Part shown: in pieces, positions 39,864 to 49,670 of the stretch | Layout of the letters: every line of letters starts with the position of its first letter | How positions within the stretch are numbered: the first letter of the stretch is position 1 | Assembly: GCA_045863555.1 (NCBI GenBank) | Contig: BTUU01000003.1 | Location: forward strand, 34,476 to 98,475 | Length of the DNA: 64,000 nt | Direction of reading: 5' to 3' | DNA from: Planctomycetota bacterium | GTDB taxonomy: Bacteria > Planctomycetota > Phycisphaerae > UBA1845 > Fen-1342 | The notes under the pieces: generated by a model | Database searches by the model: none | What the model saw: only the letters and a program-made list of their open reading frames with translations | What the model was told of the DNA's origin: nothing | Position numbers and translations under genes: made by a program

Positions 39864-42252
39864 GATCCCCCTCCGATCGGCTGCACTCGCATGGGGGCGT
39901 CGGTTCGCGTCGGCGGCGGACCGGATATCGCGGACGGGGAGCCGCCGAGCAGATCCGCGTAGATCCGCGTCAATCGCTGTGCCAGACGGGAATCGGAGTA
40001 TTCCTCCTCGATCCGCCTTCGCAGGGCCTGCCCGATCGCGCGCCGCCGGCCAGCATCGCGCGCGAGGGTCAGCATCGCATCGGCCAGTGCGGCGGCGTCT
40101 CCGGAAGAGACGAGCGGCGCGAGCCCATCCCAGCACACCTGTCCACGCCGCGGCATCGACCGCGCCTGGAGAATCTCGGCCACGCAGCCGACTGCGGTGG
40201 CGATCAGCGGCACCCCGGCCGCGCCGGCTTCGAGGATCACATTCGGCATGGCCTCGCTGCGGCTGGGATGGACGAGGCAGTCGATCGAGCGCAGCGCCTC
40301 GTCGCGCTGCCGCGCGTCGATGATGCCGAGACATCTCACTCGGGAGCGCAGTTTTGCGCCGGCGATGCGGGCGAGGAGGTCCGTTCGACTCGAGGGCGGG
40401 CCTGCCAGCCACAGTTCAAATTCAGCGTTCGCGTCGCCGAGCCGTTCCGCGGCATCGAGAAGATCATCAATGCCTTTCGCCGGCGACAATTCGCCGACGA
40501 AGAGGAACCGGCAAGGCCGCCGCGGCGGATTCGGAACCGCTTCATCCGCAGGAATCGGCGCAGGCGCCGGAATTCTGACACCGTTGGGGATAATCTCGAT
40601 TCGGGCATTGCCGAACCTGGGCCGCAGCTCGGTCGCGACCGCCTCGCCCAGGAGAATCACACGGTCTGCCGACTCGGCGGCCCGCCGAATCACCCATCGT
40701 CCCAGCGGACCGCAGGATGCACAGAATTCCGCGAATCGGCCGCCGCGCACGTGCAGCACCGTTCGACATCGCAGAAGCCGCGCGACCGCCAGGTCGGCCA
40801 GCGTGCGGTAGAACGTCCCGAAACTGCACGTATGGATATGCACGATGTCGATTCGGCGCAGGGCGATGTGCGCTGCGAGGCTCAGCAGCGCAAATCCGTG
40901 TCGAACGGCCGCGAGCGGCGTACGGGCTGCGTCGCAGGCGGCCGCGAATATTCGCGCAGCCGCGTTCGTCGTCGGCCGGCGGCGCGGTCGCGGGACGACG
41001 GTGGCGAATCGGTGGAGATGAAACGTGTTTGTGAGCGGACTCCGCATCAGAGTATCGATCGAGGTCACCATGCCCCCGATCTGGGGCGCGGCGGGCCCGA
41101 CCATCAGCACGCGCGGCCTGCGCGCGTGGTGCGCCAGCCCGGTGAGGCACTCGGTGTACAACCGTTCATAGCGATCGACCATCTGGCTCAGTGAATACAT
41201 GTTTTTGTATCGCTCGAACGCATGCTGCGCCCGCTCGACCGCCGATTCTCGCTGCGTGATCGCGTCGAGCAGACCGGCCGCGAGCCCGTCCGCGTCCCGG
41301 GGCTCGGCAAGGAGAGCGGTCCGGCGATGTTCGAGCATGTGCCCGGCCTCGCCCGGTCCGATGCGCCCCACGTCCCCGACCGCGGTCGCGACGATCGGAA
41401 CGCACTGCGCTATCGCCTCGAGGATCACGTTCGGCATGGACTCGGTGCAGCTCGACAGGCACAGCACGTCCGCGCCGGGCATCAATCGTGCGGCATTCGC
41501 CTGCGGTCCGAGGAAGACGGCGGCGTTCTGGAGGCCGAGTCGATCGCGTTCGGCCAGAACCTGACGCTGGTAGATGTCATTCGAGCAGCCGCCGATGCAC
41601 ACGAGCGTCGCGTCGGGAACGCGCTTGCGCAGCTGCGCAAGCGCCCGCAGGAGCGTGAGCGTGTCCTTCTCCGGTCGGATATTCGCTACGCAGAGCACGA
41701 TCGGCCCCGGCAGCGGTCGCCTGCAATGCGACTCGAGTTCGCGTCGCGCCTCGCCCGGGTCCGCGGGTGCGACAGCGATCCCGTTCGGGATGTGCACCGC
41801 CGCGTGCCGAACAGCGTGCGGCAGCCGCGCTCGTCCGGAGACCGAGTTGACGACGACGCGCGAGACGAATGGTGCGAGCCGGTCTGCCAGCCACGAGTAG
41901 CGGCTTTGCCGGCCGACCGTCCAGCCGTGTCGGACATGCACGATGGGCAGCCGCAGCCAGCGCGCCGCGGGCCAACTCGCGCAGAGCGCGGCGCAGGTGT
42001 GGGCGTGGACGAGCTGAATGCCGTCGCCGCGAAGCCGACGCGCGAGCCGGACCGGCAGCAGCAGGTCGCGCCGCCCTCCGCCGTGCGAGCTCACGAAAAT
42101 CCGCGGATGAACCGGAACTTCGCGTCCGACGTGTTTCAGGCAATGGACGAAAACGTCGTGCCCCCGGGCCGCGAGCCCCGAGGCAAGTCGATGGACGACG
42201 CCCTCCGAGCCGCCGCCGGTCAACGAGTCGACGAGCAGGGCGAGCTTCATGG
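39860..42252 (-). CDS. Tandem glycosyltransferase family 4 fusion (two complete GT4 modules in one polypeptide)
   Basis: Module 1: MKLALLVDSLTGGGSEGVV...CTESMPNVILEAIAQCVPIVATAVG. Module 2: PRVLMVGPAAPQIGGMVTS...SRSEAMPNVILEAGAAGVPLIATAVG. Each module has the E-x7-E donor-binding motif. About 797 aa from the MKLALL Met. Confidence 0.75.
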
Positions 42253-43632
42253 CGTCACCAGTGCGGGCTGCATTTCCGCCGCGACCCGGGGGCCGCGACC
42301 TGCCTGCCCGGCGCCGGTTGCGGGATTGGCGTCGGTGACCTCGTGCTCGCCGGCCTCCCGCGCGACGCGATCCAGACACGCGGCCAGCCCGATGAGCATC
42401 CACAGGTCAGCCGCCCAGATGCGCGTCGTGAAGAGCCCGCACGCGAGGTATCCGGCGAGCGCGGTCCGAAGCGCCATCGCATGCCACCCGAAGTGGAAAC
42501 CCGCCTGCCAGCGACCGATTTCGACAATCTCCAGGTCCGTTCCGCGCCGAATCACGCGTCCCATGCGCCGCATCGTCAGCCCGATGATCGTCAGCAGCAG
42601 CAGCAGCCCGGGTCCTCCCAGTTCGGCCAGGCACGTCATGAACGTGCTGTGGGCGCTGCGTTCAATCGACAGACCGTCGACGTACTCCATCACCAGTTGG
42701 TGGAATTTGCCGATCCCGATCCCCAGCGGATAGTCGGCGGCCATCGCGACCGCCGCAGCCCAGTATTCGAGTCGCGCGTTGGTCGAGGCATCGCCCTGGA
42801 GATCGGTCATCGTTTCCATTCGCCGCCACCAGCCCGGGTCTGCGAGCTGCAGAGCCAGCACGGCTCCAGCCACGATCGCCCCGAAACCGACGAGGCGATA
42901 GCGCCGCGGCAGGGAGATCACGCCGACGACCAGCAGCGCGGCGATGCCGATCAGGGCGTTTCGCGTGCGCGTGAGGATGATCGTGTTTACGATCAACGCA
43001 CCGATCAGGAGACCGGCTCCGCGGGTCCACCACCGCCGGGCCATGAACACCATCGCGCCGGCCAGCGGGAGCGAGGCGACCATGTGCACGGCCAGGCCGC
43101 TCGATTCGGCGAAGTCGGATCCGCCGAGCCCGCCGGTGAGACGCCCCCCGGCGTACACGCCGACGCCGCCGCCGGCCTGGTATCCGATGTACGCCACTCC
43201 GGCCAGCCACGACGCGATGACCATCTGAAAATGAGCCGGCGTCCGAACGCACGTCACCAGAAGCAGCACGAAGAAGATGACCTTGGCGAATTTCTCGACC
43301 TGCACGATGCTGCGATCTGTCGTCGTGGGCCCCCAGGCAAGACTCGCGGTCGCCAGCAGTGCGAACGCGAGCGTCAGTTGCACGGGTAGCGTGATCTGTC
43401 TGCCAGAGAATGCGAACCGCGGCTCGCGAACCAGAATTCCCAGGACTGTGACCGCCGCCGCAACGAACGACGTGCGAAGTCCGATCGCGCGGACGCTCTC
43501 ACCCCACCACTGGTCTTCCGGGTTCAGGTGATAGACGAGGATGTACAGCACGACGCCCGCAATCGGGCGGTGCAGCGCGGCGATCAGTCCGCCGGCGTAG
43601 ACGAGCCAGAATGCGACGGCCGTCAGCGCCAT
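42247..43632 (-). CDS. O-antigen ligase / Wzy-like polymerase family membrane protein
   Basis: About 12 predicted TM helices with a large periplasmic loop (Wzy_C-like: ...TRNALIGIAALLVVGVISL...HSTFMTCLAELGGPGLLLLL). Start at the MALTAVAFWLVY Met (43632). Confidence 0.7.
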   Translation of the reverse strand: MALTAVAFWLVYAGGLIAALHRPIAGVVLYILVYHLNPEDQWWGESVRAIGLRTSFVAAAVTVLGILVREPRFAFSGRQITLPVQLTLAFALLATASLAWGPTTTDRSIVQVEKFAKVIFFVLLLVTCVRTPAHFQMVIASWLAGVAYIGYQAGGGVGVYAGGRLTGGLGGSDFAESSGLAVHMVASLPLAGAMVFMARRWWTRGAGLLIGALIVNTIILTRTRNALIGIAALLVVGVISLPRRYRLVGFGAIVAGAVLALQLADPGWWRRMETMTDLQGDASTNARLEYWAAAVAMAADYPLGIGIGKFHQLVMEYVDGLSIERSAHSTFMTCLAELGGPGLLLLLTIIGLTMRRMGRVIRRGTDLEIVEIGRWQAGFHFGWHAMALRTALAGYLACGLFTTRIWAADLWMLIGLAACLDRVAREAGEHEVTDANPATGAGQAGRGPRVAAEMQPALVTP

Positions 43633-44891
43633 TGCGACTCCGCGAGCATTGGCTCGTGACTGTTGAGCGGTTCGCGCCACCCGACCGAGAACGTGCCAGT
43701 TTCGCGGATCGCCGCCCGAATGATGTCGAGCATGCGTCCGCCGACGTCCGGCCAGTTGTGCTCGCGATGCACCCAGGTTCGTCCGGCCGCGCCGATCGTG
43801 TCGGTCCGCGCCGGATCGCGGAGCAGCGCTTCTACGGAGTCGGCCCATTCCGCCGGTGAGCGGGCGACGAGGAGTTCGCGCCCGGCGTGAGCGGAGAGTC
43901 CGGCGGCGGCGACGGGCGATGCCACGACGGCCCGTCCCGCGGCGCAGGCCTCCAGAATCTTGTTCTTGACGCCGCCGCCTTTCCGCGTGGGGACGACGGC
44001 GACGGTCGCGCGCTGGAGATAGGGCCGCACGTCCGGGACATCGGCGGCGATTTCGATCCCCGGCAGCGTCGCAAGTTCACGAACGTCAGACCCGGGCTGT
44101 TTGCCGACCAGGACAAACCGCCGCGCCGCGTCCCGTTGATAAAGGCGTGGCCAGACGCGCGCTGCGAACCACCGCACGGCGTCGCTGTTGGGGGGGAACG
44201 AAAGGGAGCCGATGAACACGATCGTCGAGCGATCTCCCGGTCCGACGATTCCGGCGAAGGCTTCCGCGTCGACTCCGTTCGAAACCGCGGTGACGGGGGC
44301 GCCGCCGGCGTACCATCGCATCCACTGTGCATCGATGGTCGAGGCGACGACGATCGCGTTGACGTGCTTCGAACACGCGCGCAGCGCCATCGCGACGCCC
44401 GCGGCGCTGCGCAGTCCGGGCAGCCAGCGCGTCGGGTGGGGCCGAACGTCCCGCAGGATATGAAGCACGGGATCATCCACGATGTCCCAGATGCATGGCA
44501 GTGCTGCGTCTGCCGCATAGACGCCGCGGCTCAGGCCGCTGAGCAGCACGGCATCGAACCGGGCCCGGGTCGCGTTCGCCCGCAGCCACTCGCCCATCGC
44601 GTGGGAATACCCCAGAAACCGCTTCGCGACCGACGCATTTCCGAATCTGCCCGGCGTGCGGTCCGCTTCATCATCCGGGCCGACGATCTCCAAGTTCACT
44701 CCCGCCGGAAGGTGAGGTGCTTCGCCCGCGTCGCCGTCGCGACGCGCCGGCACGGCCAGCGTCACCGCACAGCCCTGCGCCGCGAGCACGCGAAGCATGT
44801 GGAAAAGCCGCAGCCGGCCGCCGTGGCAGAGCGGCCACGGCTCGCGAGCCGCGACCGCAAGCACCCGCGGAGGTGAGTTCATGGGCTTCAT
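43623..44891 (-). CDS. Glycosyltransferase family 4
   Basis: RVLAVAAREPWPLCHGGRLRLFHML N-terminal GT4 domain. C-terminal GT1 domain with GGGVKNKILEACAAGRAVVASPVAAAG. ATGA start/stop overlap with the downstream GT9 gene. Confidence 0.75.
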   Translation of the reverse strand: MKPMNSPPRVLAVAAREPWPLCHGGRLRLFHMLRVLAAQGCAVTLAVPARRDGDAGEAPHLPAGVNLEIVGPDDEADRTPGRFGNASVAKRFLGYSHAMGEWLRANATRARFDAVLLSGLSRGVYAADAALPCIWDIVDDPVLHILRDVRPHPTRWLPGLRSAAGVAMALRACSKHVNAIVVASTIDAQWMRWYAGGAPVTAVSNGVDAEAFAGIVGPGDRSTIVFIGSLSFPPNSDAVRWFAARVWPRLYQRDAARRFVLVGKQPGSDVRELATLPGIEIAADVPDVRPYLQRATVAVVPTRKGGGVKNKILEACAAGRAVVASPVAAAGLSAHAGRELLVARSPAEWADSVEALLRDPARTDTIGAAGRTWVHREHNWPDVGGRMLDIIRAAIRETGTFSVGWREPLNSHEPMLAESQWR

Positions 44892-46099
44892 CGGGCCGCC
44901 TCGACGAGCGGCAGGGTCACACGCGCGGCCCGTCGGGCCGGCAGCCACCGTTCAACCGCTTCGGCGACGCGCGTCAGCGAGATGTCATCCATGCAGGTCG
45001 GCGAGAGGTTGCACTCGCGCCGGTAGCAGGGCGCGCACGCGACCGACGTGACAATCTTCTCCCCGCGCCCGAAAAGATCGATTTCCTGCTCGCACGTCGG
45101 GCCGAAAATTGCGACGACCGGGACTTCCATCGCGACGCCGACGTGCAGGGCCATCGTGTCGCCTGTCACGAGCACGGCGCAGCGCGAGACGAGCGATGCA
45201 AACGTCGGTTCATCGTGGTCGCAGCCGAGGTCGATCGCGCCGGGAGCGCACGCGGCGATCTCGCGGTTCAGCGCGGCCTCGCGCGGTCCGCCGAGCAGGC
45301 CGACCGCGACGCCGTCGCGCTGCCGGAGCGACCGCGCGAGCTGAATGAACTTGTCCGGCGGCCATGTCTTGTTTGCGAAGACGCCGCCCGCCCCCGTATT
45401 GAGCCCGACGATGCGCGTTCCCGGCTCGAGGCGGGCGCGCGCGACGATTCGCTCTGCCGCCCGGTGAGCCGCCGCCGGCGGGTGAAGGGTATAGCGCTGG
45501 CCGCGGTAGGGGAGGCCGACCGCGGCGTAGATCAGTTCCGGATACGTCCAGCGATTTCCGCGGAATTTCAGCGCATCGTCGAGGCCCAGCGTGAAGTACG
45601 GCTCGCACTCCGGATTGAGCGGAATCGGCGTGCCGAAGCGCGTCAGACCGATCCCCCGGCGCTCGGCCGCCCGCACCCGCATCGCCAGACCGGCCGGCCC
45701 CGGCTCCTTGTCGAGGCTGAGGCAGAGGTCGAATTCCTCATGCAGGAGGTGCGCCATCGTCTCCACGGTCAGCGGCAGGACGCGCTCGATGAGCGGATGG
45801 CCCGAGAGCATCCGCGCGCCTTCGCTGCGCGTGACCCACGTGATCTGGCAGGGCGAATAGGCGTCGCGGATGCCCGGTAGCAGCGCGGCCGTGCGGATCA
45901 CGTCGCCCAGCGCGCCGAGCTTGATGACGAGCACGCGACGACCCATCGCCGCGAAATCGGAACACGCATTCGCACACAATCCCTGCTTTCCGGCCGCACA
46001 CGGGCGGTCGCCCCGAAAGTGCGTGCAGTTCACGGCGACCACGCCGCCCGCGACATTGTGGAAGACCGGATCGATCGGGCCGGGGAGGCGATGCATCAT
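44888..46099 (-). CDS. Glycosyltransferase family 9 (LPS heptosyltransferase-like) with Cys-rich N-terminal extension
   Basis: RRVLVIKLGALGDVIRTAALLPGIR GT9 hallmark, VGLLGGPREAALN..., AVLVTGDTMALHVGVAMEVPVVAIFGPT. Preceded by about 50 aa containing C-x8-C-x6-C-x3-C. GGAGAGG RBS before the ATGATG at 46099. Confidence 0.8.
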   Translation of the reverse strand: MMHRLPGPIDPVFHNVAGGVVAVNCTHFRGDRPCAAGKQGLCANACSDFAAMGRRVLVIKLGALGDVIRTAALLPGIRDAYSPCQITWVTRSEGARMLSGHPLIERVLPLTVETMAHLLHEEFDLCLSLDKEPGPAGLAMRVRAAERRGIGLTRFGTPIPLNPECEPYFTLGLDDALKFRGNRWTYPELIYAAVGLPYRGQRYTLHPPAAAHRAAERIVARARLEPGTRIVGLNTGAGGVFANKTWPPDKFIQLARSLRQRDGVAVGLLGGPREAALNREIAACAPGAIDLGCDHDEPTFASLVSRCAVLVTGDTMALHVGVAMEVPVVAIFGPTCEQEIDLFGRGEKIVTSVACAPCYRRECNLSPTCMDDISLTRVAEAVERWLPARRAARVTLPLVEAAR

Positions 46100-47301
46100 C
46101 GCACCTCTCCCCCGATTCTCGCCGCATGAAGCTTGCGCCGAACGGAAACCCGGCGCTGTGCACATCGGTCATAGACGGCGTGCAGGAGAGACGCGGTGCG
46201 CTCCCATGTGAAGCTCGCCGCGCGCGCCAGTCCTCGGTCGATCCGTTCCTCGCGATCCGACGGGTCGAGCAGCCGGACGAGTCCGTCGCGAATGCCGGCG
46301 ACGCACTCCGGATCGACGTAGATGGCCGCATCGCCCGCGACTTCCGGCAGGCTCGTGCATCCCGACGCCAGGACCGGGATGCCGAGCGACATCGCGTCGA
46401 CCAAGGGCAGTCCGAAACCCTCGGCGAGGCTCGGTATCGCCAAACCGGCCGCTCCGCGAAGCAGCGCGGCCGCGTCGTTCTCCTCCTGAAAACCAAGAAT
46501 TCGGCATCGATCCGCGATGCCCTGGGCGTGCGCGAGCGAGACCAACTGCTCCCGCGTCGCCGCCGGTTCACAGCCGGTCAGGACGAGGAGCGTCCGGTCT
46601 CGCTGCTCTTTCGGGAGCTCGGCGAAGGCTGTGATCAGCCGCGTTGCGTTCTTCCGCGCCGAGCGGCCGGAGAAATTGAGGATCCACGGATCCGCCAGGT
46701 CGAACCGGTTCCGGATCGCCGCATCGTCGCGCGCCCGTTCGGCGTGGGTCGTGGGGCGCGTCAGCCGCGTGTCGGGCGCCCAGGGAACGACCGTAATCCG
46801 GGCGGGGTCAATCCCGAACCGTGCAGCAAGCTGACGGCGCGTGAATTCCGAGGGCGTGATGACGCACGCGGCGACGCGCAGCGCGTGGCGAACGCCGCGC
46901 TCGAATCGGCGGGCCTGTCCGGGCGTCGCTCCACAGCGTTCATCGAGCGGAATGAGGTCGTGGATCGTGACGACGATCGGCACGGGGCAGAATGCGGGCG
47001 CTGCATTCGCCGGAGCGTGGAGCACATCCACGCCGTCGGCCCGAGCGGCGATGGGCAGCCGGAGGTTGAACCAGAGGTCAAACCGGTCGCCGGGAAGGTC
47101 GACGCAGCGCGCGGCCATATTCGGCCACACGGCGAGATCATCATCGTCTGCGGGGGCGCGCGTTTTCGACGGTCGGTGGTAGAGCAGGTATGTATCGAGC
47201 GGCGTCGCCGGCGCAAGCGCCCGCAGTACATCGCGGAGATTCCGCCCGGTGCCGCGCGCGTGCTGTGAGTACAGGGTCCGGGCGTCGAGTCCGATGCGCA
47301 T
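46096..47301 (-). CDS. Glycosyltransferase family 4
   Basis: MRIGLDARTLY start, a 270-350 region with SLAEGFGLPLVDAMSLGIPVLASGCTSLPEVAGDAA (E-x7-E). Confidence 0.8.
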   Translation of the reverse strand: MRIGLDARTLYSQHARGTGRNLRDVLRALAPATPLDTYLLYHRPSKTRAPADDDDLAVWPNMAARCVDLPGDRFDLWFNLRLPIAARADGVDVLHAPANAAPAFCPVPIVVTIHDLIPLDERCGATPGQARRFERGVRHALRVAACVITPSEFTRRQLAARFGIDPARITVVPWAPDTRLTRPTTHAERARDDAAIRNRFDLADPWILNFSGRSARKNATRLITAFAELPKEQRDRTLLVLTGCEPAATREQLVSLAHAQGIADRCRILGFQEENDAAALLRGAAGLAIPSLAEGFGLPLVDAMSLGIPVLASGCTSLPEVAGDAAIYVDPECVAGIRDGLVRLLDPSDREERIDRGLARAASFTWERTASLLHAVYDRCAQRRVSVRRKLHAARIGGEVR

Positions 47302-47358
47302 TATGGCAGCCTCGATGGGCGGACCGTGCCGTCGCGCGGGCACGCCGGCTCCAAAGTC

Positions 47359-48642
47359 TCATATCGGCTGCGATGAGGTGATGATCGATCGATCGCCGGT
47401 TGTCGAAACCCGGCTCGCAGCGGGCGCAACATCGGCGCGGCGCGGCAGGAGGCTGCTCCACGTGCGCGCGGCGGAAAACGTGGCGACCGCGGCCAGCAGG
47501 ATGGGGGTCGGCGTCGCCACATGTTCGTAAAGCGTCGCGCGGACCAGTTCGCACGCGGCTGCGCCGGCGGCGAGCGCAAGAAATACGGTCCCGACCGCCA
47601 GCCGGCGCGCGAGTTCGAGGCACGCCAGTGCGAGGACGCCAAGAAACAGCACTGTCCGACAGATGGCGGCCGCCGCAACCGGGAACGGCGCGTGAAACTC
47701 GGCCTGGAACGGAGTCCAGTTCACGCCGATTTTCCCGATCGCGATGGGCGGAGTCACGGCGATCAGCATGCTTCCCGCGATGGCAACGGTCACGATCCCG
47801 ATGGTCGCCGCGATCCGTCGGGCGAAAGGAGCGGCGGCGCCTGCACGGGAGAATACTGCCAAGATGCCCGCCATCGCTCCGAGCGACTCGATCATGAAGT
47901 CCCGGACCGACGCGACGTGATACGCCAGAACGCTCTGCATCGCCTCCAGGGCCGCCGCCGCGAGGATCGCAGTACCGGCCAGAACTGCGAGCTCGTGCAG
48001 CGCCGGCGTGCGTCGCGTGAATCGCCCGGCAGCGAAGAATCCACCCCAGACGGCAAAGAACGCGAACTGCGCCAGATCCCCTGCGCTCGCATCGCCTTCG
48101 AAAGACCAGGTGACGACCGGGGCGGCCGGAATCCACGGCATCGTGTGGGCCACGACGATGGCGCCAAACGTACCGACGGCGAGCACGCCGGACCGGTTTA
48201 CCTGCGCCGCTTCATACATCCGGACATGCAGCCGGCGCAGACCCCCGAGCACGAGCGGCGCGGCGGCCGCTCCGATCCATGCCCCGCCGACGTTGAGCGC
48301 GACATCCGTCAGGCTTGAAGTTCGGCCGGGAATGCACTGCTGGAGTACTTCTGTCGCCCAACTCACGAGCCCGCTCGCCGCAACCGCGAGCGCGAAATCG
48401 ACGAACCAGCGCCGCCCGCGCTGCCGTGCGGCGAATCTGAACAGGGCTCCGATCGCGACGTAGATGAGGACGTTGGTTGCGATGTCGTCTGCATCCGTCG
48501 CTCGGATCGCCGGTACCCATGTCCAGCGAGCGGGCGGCTGAATCCACGCGTTGTCCCACCCCGACAAGGGACCGGACGTGCCGTAGACGATAACACCCAC
48601 GGCGAGGACCAGCAGGCTGCGCTGAAAAGCGCGGCCCAGCAC
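47359..48642 (-). CDS. VanZ-like family membrane protein (duplicated VanZ-type TM domain)
   Basis: Multiple TM helices with VanZ-like signatures (NVLIYVAIGALFRF, LNVGGAWIGAAAA). Start is uncertain. The proposed GTG at 48642 removes an Arg/Pro-rich 104-codon extension. Confidence 0.5.
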   Translation of the reverse strand: MLGRAFQRSLLVLAVGVIVYGTSGPLSGWDNAWIQPPARWTWVPAIRATDADDIATNVLIYVAIGALFRFAARQRGRRWFVDFALAVAASGLVSWATEVLQQCIPGRTSSLTDVALNVGGAWIGAAAAPLVLGGLRRLHVRMYEAAQVNRSGVLAVGTFGAIVVAHTMPWIPAAPVVTWSFEGDASAGDLAQFAFFAVWGGFFAAGRFTRRTPALHELAVLAGTAILAAAALEAMQSVLAYHVASVRDFMIESLGAMAGILAVFSRAGAAAPFARRIAATIGIVTVAIAGSMLIAVTPPIAIGKIGVNWTPFQAEFHAPFPVAAAAICRTVLFLGVLALACLELARRLAVGTVFLALAAGAAACELVRATLYEHVATPTPILLAAVATFSAARTWSSLLPRRADVAPAASRVSTTGDRSIITSSQPI

Positions 48643-48898
48643 GGCCGGCCGGCCGCGAGAATCGGCGCGGCGCGCGTCGGTCGCCCGGTCGTGGTGCGCA
48701 AATCCTGCCACGGCGTCCCCGCCGTCCGGGGGAGGGGAGGGCCCGGTCCGGCAATCGAACTGTGCGAATGCTCCCAGGGGAAAGCCAGCCCGACGAGGAT
48801 GTCGGTACCGGCAGAGACAATGTCGGCCGGGTGGTGCATAATGAGTTCCGGGAAAAAACGTCCACGTGACCGGCGGAAGGCCGGGGAGAGTGCGATAC

Positions 48899-49666
48899 AT
48901 GAAACTTGAAAGCGGACCGGCCCGCACGGACGGCCTCTGGCTCCTCGGCTTCACGGTGCTCTGCGTCGGCTTTGCCGCCTGGTTCTACTACGACGGCAAG
49001 ATCGGCTGGCCGAAGAAAAACCGCGAGCAGGCGCGGAAGCACTTCGCCGGCATGGTTCAGTCGTTGCCCGCCGAATTCGGCTCGCGGCCCTCGAAGGAGA
49101 ATTTCGAATCCGCGATCCGGGCGCGCGTCGCGGATATCACGGCGCTGTACGAACACCTGGGCCAGCCGTTCCATCGCGCCGGCGGCGCAGGCGAGCAGGT
49201 GGAGTACTTCGTCAGCGACTACGGCTATGCCGAGATCAAGGTCGGCGCGGGCGGCCGGGTCGATCTCGCGCCTTCCCAGTGGCATGATTGGGAGCACTCC
49301 AAGAGCCAGATCGAAGGGCAGTTTTACTGGGCGCTCATTCCGGCCGTCTTCGCGGTCATCTGTGCATTTCGGACGTTCCGCGCGTTCACGCTGCGCGTGG
49401 TGATCGACGACGCGGGCATGACCTACCAGGGTCGCAGCATCCCGTTCTCCGCGATGCGCTCGCTCAAGGACTTCAGCCCCAAGGGGTGGGTCGATCTCTA
49501 CTACGACGCCGGGGGCGGTCAGCGGAAGCTGCGCATCGATAACCAGAAGGTCGAGAAGTTCGACGAGATCATCGACGCGCTCTGTGCCGCGAAGGGCTTC
49601 GAAGACCCGCGGCCGGAGCCCGAGGAGGATGAACCGGCCGGCGACCCCGGTGAGGCGAAATCATAG
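48899..49666 (+). CDS. Hypothetical membrane protein
   Basis: Two TM helices (LWLLGFTVLCVGFAAWFYY; FYWALIPAVFAVICAF) and an acidic tail. No recognisable domain. Confidence 0.5.
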   Translation: MKLESGPARTDGLWLLGFTVLCVGFAAWFYYDGKIGWPKKNREQARKHFAGMVQSLPAEFGSRPSKENFESAIRARVADITALYEHLGQPFHRAGGAGEQVEYFVSDYGYAEIKVGAGGRVDLAPSQWHDWEHSKSQIEGQFYWALIPAVFAVICAFRTFRAFTLRVVIDDAGMTYQGRSIPFSAMRSLKDFSPKGWVDLYYDAGGGQRKLRIDNQKVEKFDEIIDALCAAKGFEDPRPEPEEDEPAGDPGEAKS

Positions 49667-49670
49667 GGCG

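Noticed and set aside
42240-42361. Apparent 2-nt frame inconsistency between my reading of the displayed sequence and the ORF-track translations of the GT4-GT4 gene, the Wzy-like gene and the small antisense ORF 42255-42527.
   Set aside because: The offsets, two extra G near 42240 and two missing GC near 42360, compensate exactly and fall at display line boundaries. Coordinates before and after agree with the track. I treated this as a reading or formatting artefact, not as a biological frameshift or programmed recoding.
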